Positions 58,578 through 64,000 of a DNA stretch of 64,000 nucleotides are shown piece after piece (position 1 is the first letter of the stretch; each line of letters begins with the position of its first letter). Source of the DNA: an uncultured Acidobacteriota bacterium (lineage in GTDB: Bacteria; Acidobacteriota; Vicinamibacteria; Vicinamibacterales; CAVVIG01); NCBI GenBank assembly GCA_963789965.1, contig CAWBMO010000007.1:69661-133660 (forward strand), given 5' to 3'. Under the pieces are notes generated by a model. That model ran no database searches. It saw only the letters and a list, made by a program, of their open reading frames with translations, and was not told the origin of the DNA. A program made the position numbers and the translations under genes.

Positions 58578-59054
58578 TCAAGGTCCGTCATGGGCTAGGC
58601 CGTCCAGACCCTCGCGCCAGAGGATGATCGCGTCCTCGACGGGCTTGGTGTAGTAGGCACGCCGTATGCCGGCCACCGAAAAGCCGAAACGTTCGTACAA
58701 AAGGCGTGCCGGTTCGTTCGACAGGCGAACCTCGAGGGTGGCCCGAACGGCCCCAAATCGGGCGCCTTCGCGCAAGACATGGTGCAGCAGGGCCGTCGCC
58801 GCGCCCGCGCGGCGGTCCCGGGGCATGACGGCAAGGTTATTGATATGGAGCTCGTCCATGACCCGCCAGAACGAGCAGAACCCGACGACGTCGCGATCGG
58901 TATTTCTGGCCAGGTAGCAGTAAGAGACGCCCTGGTTCTCGAGTTCGGCCAGATACATTTCGCGCGTCCACGGATTCGTGAACGAGGCTTCCTCAACCGC
59001 GAGCACCGCCTCGACCTCCGCGGGCGACGTCAGCCGTTCGATGATCCAGTCCAT
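58578..59054 (-). CDS. rimI: Ribosomal-protein-alanine N-acetyltransferase (GNAT)
   Basis: ATG 59054 (the upstream ORF part is translated repeat F3). GNAT motif A (LAVMPRDRRAGAATALL). Downstream of tsaB, as usual. Confidence 0.8.
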   Translation of the reverse strand: MDWIIERLTSPAEVEAVLAVEEASFTNPWTREMYLAELENQGVSYCYLARNTDRDVVGFCSFWRVMDELHINNLAVMPRDRRAGAATALLHHVLREGARFGAVRATLEVRLSNEPARLLYERFGFSVAGIRRAYYTKPVEDAIILWREGLDGLAHDGP

Positions 59055-59061
59055 TAACCAG

Positions 59062-59150
59062 TCAACACAAAGGACACCAAGGACACAAAGGTAAAACACC
59101 TTTGAGTATTTCCTTAGTCTCTTTTGTGTCCATGGTGTCCATTGTGTTGA
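59062..59150. repeat. F-type palindrome (TCAACACAAAGGACACCAAGGACACAAAGG / rc)
   Basis: ~30-bp stem. Lies between tsaB and rimI. The tsaB stop is in the loop/right arm. Confidence 0.85.
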
Positions 59151-59878
59151 GCGGTCTTCCGTTCCCGTTCGACTTCGGCGTCAGGCCTCCGCACGTACAA
59201 GGGTTGCACCGCCGCTGGATCGATCGTGTCCCCACGCTCGGCGCGCGCCAGCGCGATGCGGCCGATGGCACCGGCAAGCAGGGGCGTCTGTGGCAGCCGC
59301 GTCCAGCCGGGTGACGCGCCCCTGGAAATGGTATCGATGGTGTCCGCATGCAGTATCGCGCCGTCACCGACGAACAGCACGCGGGCGTCGCGGATGTGGC
59401 TCCTCCACCGCGTCAGCGTCGCAGCCGGCTTGCCAACGCTCGGTCCTTCCACTTCGACCAAACGCTCCGGAGAAAACGCCGCGGCATCAGTGATTTTGTA
59501 CAGCGCCGTGAACACATCCTGGCGACGGGCATCGATCCACGCGGCGACGAACGTTCCGGGCGGGCCGCCACTGCTCTGCGCCAGCGCCTCGAGGGCCGAA
59601 ACCGCCACGACTCGCCGTCCTGTGGTGAGCGCGAGCCCCTGGATCGTCGCGATACCGATCCGCAGGCCGGTGAACGATCCGGGGCCGGACGCGACCGCGA
59701 ACACATCGATCCCGCTCACGGATAATCCGTGCGCTCCGGCCAGCCGAACGAGCTCGTCTGGCAGTCGCTCGGCGTGAGAGCGCGCGGCATCGCCGCGGCG
59801 CTCCTCGACAACGTGATGTTGGTCGACGAGCGCCACACTCCCGTCGCGCGTCGTCGTATCAAGCGCCAGCACATGCAT
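59114..59878 (-). CDS. tsaB: tRNA t6A biosynthesis protein TsaB
   Basis: 254 aa. LALDTTT..SVAL and GPGSFTGLRIG motifs. The C-terminal ~12 codons and the stop lie in repeat F3. Confidence 0.85.
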   Translation of the reverse strand: MHVLALDTTTRDGSVALVDQHHVVEERRGDAARSHAERLPDELVRLAGAHGLSVSGIDVFAVASGPGSFTGLRIGIATIQGLALTTGRRVVAVSALEALAQSSGGPPGTFVAAWIDARRQDVFTALYKITDAAAFSPERLVEVEGPSVGKPAATLTRWRSHIRDARVLFVGDGAILHADTIDTISRGASPGWTRLPQTPLLAGAIGRIALARAERGDTIDPAAVQPLYVRRPDAEVERERKTAQHNGHHGHKRD

Positions 59879-59895
59879 GCGTTAGACTACAGAAT

Positions 59896-62604
59896 ATGTC
59901 AACGTCGGCGACGCCGGCGATGCGCCAGTATCTGGACGCGAAGCAGCAGTATCGCGACGCCATCCTGTTCTTCCGCATGGGCGACTTCTACGAAATGTTC
60001 TACGAAGACGCCCTCGTCGCGGCGCGCGCCCTCGAATTGACGCTCACGTCACGATCCAGGGACGGGAACGGCGGCGGCATCCCGATGTGCGGCGTGCCGT
60101 TTCACGCCGTCGACGGCTACATCGCGCGGCTCGTCAAGAAGGGGTTCCGCGTCGCCATCTGCGATCAGGTCGAGGACCCGCGAAAAGCCAAGGGGCTCGT
60201 CAAGCGCGAGGTCGTCCGCGTCGTGTCGCCCGGCACGCTGACCGACGCGAGTTACCTCGACGCGCGCGAGCCGGCGTTTCTGATGGCTGTATTCTCGGCG
60301 GGCCCCAACCGCCTTCGCGCCTCCGGCGCTTCGGCGAGTCGCGCCGAAGCTCGCGGGCAAAGCGTGCGGGCGGAGGCGGAAGGACCCGCCCTACAGCACC
60401 ACGTGATCGGCGCCGCTCTTCTCGATCTCTCAACCGGCGAATTCACGACAGCGGAATATCGCGGCGCTGACGGGCCGGCGGCGCTGGCGGATGAAATTGC
60501 GCTGCTCAAGCCGCGCGAGATTATCGCGCCGGCCGACGCCGACATCCCCATGATCACGGCGTCGGGGGTTCCTGTCACGCTGGTCGATGCGTGGACGTTC
60601 GACGCCGAATCCGCGCGCCGCGCGCTTCTCGACCAGCTTCGGGCGGGCAGCCTCGAGGGGTTCGGGCTGGAGGGACGGCACGCCGCGGTCGCGGCTGCCG
60701 GAGCGCTCGTCCACCATCTGCGCACCACGCAGAAGCTGGACCTCGCTCACGTGCGCGCCATCCGGTACCGGGAGCGCCGTGACACGCTGCTCATCGATCC
60801 GACAACGCTCAAACACCTGGAGATCGTCGAAGGCTCCGAGGGTGGCCGTGCGGGTTCATTGCTTGACGAACTCGATCGGACGGTCACCTCGATCGGCAGC
60901 CGGCTCCTCAGGTCGTGGCTGCTCGGGCCGCTCGTCGCACTTGAACCGATTCGCGATCGGCTCGACGCCGTCGAGGAGATCGCCTTTCGGACCACCGAGC
61001 GCGGCAAACTCCGAGAAGCGCTCAAGTTCGTTCAGGACCTCGATCGGCTGGTCGCTCGAGCCGCTCTTGGAACCGCCGGCCCACGCGATTTTCTCGGCCT
61101 GAAACAATCCCTGACGGTCATCCCGCGCATCCGTACCGTCCTTGCCGATCTGCACGCCCCCCTCGCCTGCTCCCTTGTCTCGGAACTGGACGACCTCGTC
61201 GACGTGCGGAACGCGATCGAAAGCACCGTGCTCGAGGATGCGCCTGCCCTGGCGCGCGATGGCGGAATCATCCGGGACGGCGTTGACACGGAGCTCGACG
61301 AGCTCCGCACCATCAGTCGCTCGGGGAAGCAGGTCATCGCCGAGATGGAGACGCGCGAGCGCGCACGCACCGGCATTGCATCGCTCAAGATCCGCTACAA
61401 CCGCGTATTCGGGTACTACATCGAGATCTCGAAGTCGAACCTCGGCGCCGTGCCGCCGGATTACCATCGCAAGCAGACGATTGCGGGTGGCGAACGCTTC
61501 ATTACCCCGGCACTGAAGGAGTACGAGGAGAAAGTCCTCGGCGCCGACGAACGCATTCTCGAACGGGAGCTCGAGATTTTCGAAAAGCTGCGCTGTGCGG
61601 TGGCCGGCGAGGCCCCGCGGATTCAAGCCACTTCGAGAGCGCTCGCCGCGCTCGACGTGCTCGCGGCGCTGGCCGAGACCGCGGCCGCGAACAACTACGT
61701 CAAACCGCACGTGCACGACGGCGACGAGCTGGTCGTCGGCGACGCGCGGCACCCGGTTGTCGAACGCCGCGCCGCTGCCGCCGGCGAGCCATTCGTGCCC
61801 AACGACATCAGCCTCAACGGCACGACGTCGCAGCTCATGATCCTGACCGGCCCGAACATGGGCGGCAAGTCGACCTACTTGCGCCAGACGGCGCTCGTCA
61901 CCGTCATGGCGCAGGCGGGATCGTTCGTCCCCGCCCGCGAGGCGAAAATCCCGCTCGTCGATCGCATCTTCGCGCGGGTGGGCGCGTCGGACAATATCGC
62001 GCGCGGCCACTCGACCTTCATGGTCGAGATGCAGGAAACCGCCAACATCCTGCACAACGCGACCGGCCGCAGCCTCGTTGTGCTCGACGAGATCGGCCGC
62101 GGCACGTCGACCTTCGACGGCTTGAGCATCGCGTGGGCGGTCGCCGAGTATCTCGCGACCAATGCTGTGGCAAGACCGAAGACGCTCTTTGCCACGCACT
62201 ACCACGAGCTCACCGACCTGGCGGACGCCACGCCCGGCGTCGTCAACTTTCACGTCGCAGCCCGCGAGTGGAAGGACGATATCGTGTTCCTCCGCAAGAT
62301 CGTGCCGGGCCGGTCCGATCGCAGCTATGGGATTCAGGTGGCGCGGCTCGCGGGCCTGCCGCCCGCCGTCATCAATCGCGCCCGTGAGATTCTCGCGGCG
62401 CTCGAGCGGGACGAGCTGACCCGGGGCGGAAGGCCCTCGGTGAGCGGCACTCCCGCCGATCCGCAGCGGCAGCTCGGGTTGTTTCAGAGCCAGCCGGCCG
62501 ACGATCGGCTGCGCGAACGGCTGTCCGCGCTCGACGTCGATCGGACGACGCCGATCGAGGCGCTGGCGCTGTTGGCCGATCTCAAGAAAGAGGCGCAGGG
62601 ATGA
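59896..62604 (+). CDS. mutS: DNA mismatch repair protein MutS
   Basis: 902 aa. TPAMRQYL..K, FFRMGDFYE, Walker A (GPNMGGKST), and DEIGRGTSTFDG. Confidence 0.95.
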   Translation: MSTSATPAMRQYLDAKQQYRDAILFFRMGDFYEMFYEDALVAARALELTLTSRSRDGNGGGIPMCGVPFHAVDGYIARLVKKGFRVAICDQVEDPRKAKGLVKREVVRVVSPGTLTDASYLDAREPAFLMAVFSAGPNRLRASGASASRAEARGQSVRAEAEGPALQHHVIGAALLDLSTGEFTTAEYRGADGPAALADEIALLKPREIIAPADADIPMITASGVPVTLVDAWTFDAESARRALLDQLRAGSLEGFGLEGRHAAVAAAGALVHHLRTTQKLDLAHVRAIRYRERRDTLLIDPTTLKHLEIVEGSEGGRAGSLLDELDRTVTSIGSRLLRSWLLGPLVALEPIRDRLDAVEEIAFRTTERGKLREALKFVQDLDRLVARAALGTAGPRDFLGLKQSLTVIPRIRTVLADLHAPLACSLVSELDDLVDVRNAIESTVLEDAPALARDGGIIRDGVDTELDELRTISRSGKQVIAEMETRERARTGIASLKIRYNRVFGYYIEISKSNLGAVPPDYHRKQTIAGGERFITPALKEYEEKVLGADERILERELEIFEKLRCAVAGEAPRIQATSRALAALDVLAALAETAAANNYVKPHVHDGDELVVGDARHPVVERRAAAAGEPFVPNDISLNGTTSQLMILTGPNMGGKSTYLRQTALVTVMAQAGSFVPAREAKIPLVDRIFARVGASDNIARGHSTFMVEMQETANILHNATGRSLVVLDEIGRGTSTFDGLSIAWAVAEYLATNAVARPKTLFATHYHELTDLADATPGVVNFHVAAREWKDDIVFLRKIVPGRSDRSYGIQVARLAGLPPAVINRAREILAALERDELTRGGRPSVSGTPADPQRQLGLFQSQPADDRLRERLSALDVDRTTPIEALALLADLKKEAQG

Positions 62605-64000
62605 GGCGCCGCGTGTTTTTCACCACAAAGGACACTAAGGACACAAAGGCCAGAACCGGTTCGTTCCTCTGTGTCCTTTGTGTCCTTTGTGTTCCTGCCT
62701 GCCTTGAACGGCCCACTCTTAATCCGAACGTCCTCGTCGTCGCGATGCCGAGCGGACCCAATAGTCTCGACCCTCGGGTCGGACTCGACGATGCGTCGCA
62801 GAAGATCCATCAGTTGATCTTCGACAATCTGTTCGAGCTCGACGACAAGATGCGTGTGAGGCCGAAGCTCGCCGAAACACTCGACCACCCGACGCCCACG
62901 ACCTACGTCGTCACACTCAAGCACGGGGTTCGTTTTCAAGACGGGCACGAGCTGACATCGGCTGATGTCGTCTATACGTTCCGGAGCTTCTTGGATCCCG
63001 ATTTCGTGTCCGGACGTAAGGGCGGGTACCGCGAGCTTCATTCCGTTGACACGATCGACCGGTACACCGTGGTCTTTACTCTCGACAGACCCTTCACGTC
63101 TTTCCCGATTAATCTCGTCATGCCCATCGTGCCCGACGGCGCTGGTGCCACGCTCTCGAGACGTCCCATGGGCACGGGACCGTACCGGTTCGTTCGCTAT
63201 GCGGTCGACGATCGCATCGAACTTGAGCCTTTCAACGAGTACTTCGGCGGCCGCCCGCGCAATGACGGGCTGATCATAAAGGTCGTGCCCGACGACATCA
63301 TGCGCGGGCTCGAGTTGCGGAAGGGGACGACGGACCTGGTCATCAACGACCTGACGCCGGACATCGTCTTCCAGCTCGAAAAGAGCGACCGGCTGCAGCT
63401 GGTCGAAGCGCCGGGTGTCGATTACCAGTATCTCGGACTGAACCTGCAAGACCCTGTACTAAAGGATGTCAGAGTCCGCCAGGCCCTCGCGTACGCAATC
63501 GACACGCACGCGATCATCGAATATCTGCGACGCGGGCTCGCGACGCCGGCGACAGGGCTTATGCCCCGTCAGTCCTGGGCGATTGCTCCCGATGTACGCG
63601 CGTACCCGTTCGATCCGGATCGTGCAAGAGCGCTTCTCGACGAGGCAGGCTACCGCGATCCGGATGGCGACGGTCCAGCGCCCCGCCTGCTCCTGAGCTT
63701 GAAAATCTCCAGCGCTCAGGAATTCAACCGGCTGCAGGCGTCAGTCATACAGCAACACCTGCGTGCCGTCGGCATCGATCTCGACGTGCGCACCTACGAG
63801 TTCGCGACGCTGTTTTCGGACGTACTGAAGGGGAACTTTCAGATATACAGCCTGCAGTGGACGGCCGGCTCGCTCGCCGATCCCGATATGCTCCGCCGCG
63901 TCTTTCATTCGAAACAGGTGCCGCCCGAAGGGTTCAACCGCGGTCACTTCAGCGATCCACGAGTGGATGCCCTGCTCGACGAAGCCGCCTCCTCGACCGA
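62601..64000 (+). CDS. ABC transporter substrate-binding protein, family 5 (peptide/nickel type), 3' end outside window
   Basis: The frame is open from ATG 62601 (overlaps the mutS stop, ATGA) to the window edge, so it is absent from the ORF track. LDPRVGLDDASQ..IFDNLFELD, VTLKHGVRFQDGHELTSADVVYTF, GTGPYRF. Codons 8-34 are repeat F4. Confidence 0.75.
   Translation, partial: MRRRVFFTTKDTKDTKARTGSFLCVLCVLCVPACLERPTLNPNVLVVAMPSGPNSLDPRVGLDDASQKIHQLIFDNLFELDDKMRVRPKLAETLDHPTPTTYVVTLKHGVRFQDGHELTSADVVYTFRSFLDPDFVSGRKGGYRELHSVDTIDRYTVVFTLDRPFTSFPINLVMPIVPDGAGATLSRRPMGTGPYRFVRYAVDDRIELEPFNEYFGGRPRNDGLIIKVVPDDIMRGLELRKGTTDLVINDLTPDIVFQLEKSDRLQLVEAPGVDYQYLGLNLQDPVLKDVRVRQALAYAIDTHAIIEYLRRGLATPATGLMPRQSWAIAPDVRAYPFDPDRARALLDEAGYRDPDGDGPAPRLLLSLKISSAQEFNRLQASVIQQHLRAVGIDLDVRTYEFATLFSDVLKGNFQIYSLQWTAGSLADPDMLRRVFHSKQVPPEGFNRGHFSDPRVDALLDEAASST
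62621..62695. repeat. F-type palindrome inside the 5' end of the substrate-binding protein gene
   Basis: CACCACAAAGGACACTAAGGACACAAAGG - 17-nt loop - CTCTGTGTCCTTTGTGTCCTTTGTGTTCC. Confidence 0.85.

Overview
High-GC bacterial chromosomal segment. Gene content and repeat style suggest Acidobacteriota, but the taxon is an inference. The coding content is almost all housekeeping.

Genes, left to right:
- pilMNOPQ-like secretin cluster with three pseudopilins and an Ig/PKD lipoprotein
- serine hydrolase, murQ, xerD, metK, a PHP hydrolase, fused lptFG, a GH57 enzyme
- a 1.26 kb non-coding gap
- parAB, a bifunctional nuclease, miaB, recN
- tolQ-tolR-tolA-tolB-pal-cpoB and ssb
- a cupin, then the regulatory PTS/rpoN block: ptsI, ptsH, EIIA(Man), rapZ, hprK, hpf, rpoN, lptB and a giant LptC/LptA-like protein
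- recJ, accA, dnaE, guaA
- a beta-propeller protein, a membrane protein, a 1304-aa NtrY-like kinase
- pssA-psd, rimI-tsaB, mutS and a family-5 substrate-binding protein

I saw no rRNA, tRNA, CRISPR array or prophage.

The unusual signals are mostly non-coding:
1. About 20 intergenic hairpins are each built from tandem 7-10 nt units followed by their reverse complements. They fill nearly every gene spacer, and some are translated as leader, signal or tail peptides.
2. A 28-bp dif-like XerC/D site lies in an AT-rich island exactly where gene orientation switches from mostly + to mostly -. This suggests the replication terminus, with an atypical parAB next to it.
3. At least 11 single-base +1 frameshifts are confined to two ~2.4 kb patches and hit essential genes (tolB, cpoB, ssb, dnaE). 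They are most simply insertion-type sequence errors.
4. G-tract arrays with G-quadruplex potential sit at two junctions of the PTS operon.
5. The Lpt and secretin proteins have fused or extended architectures.

Repeat coordinates are read by eye and may be off by a few nt.
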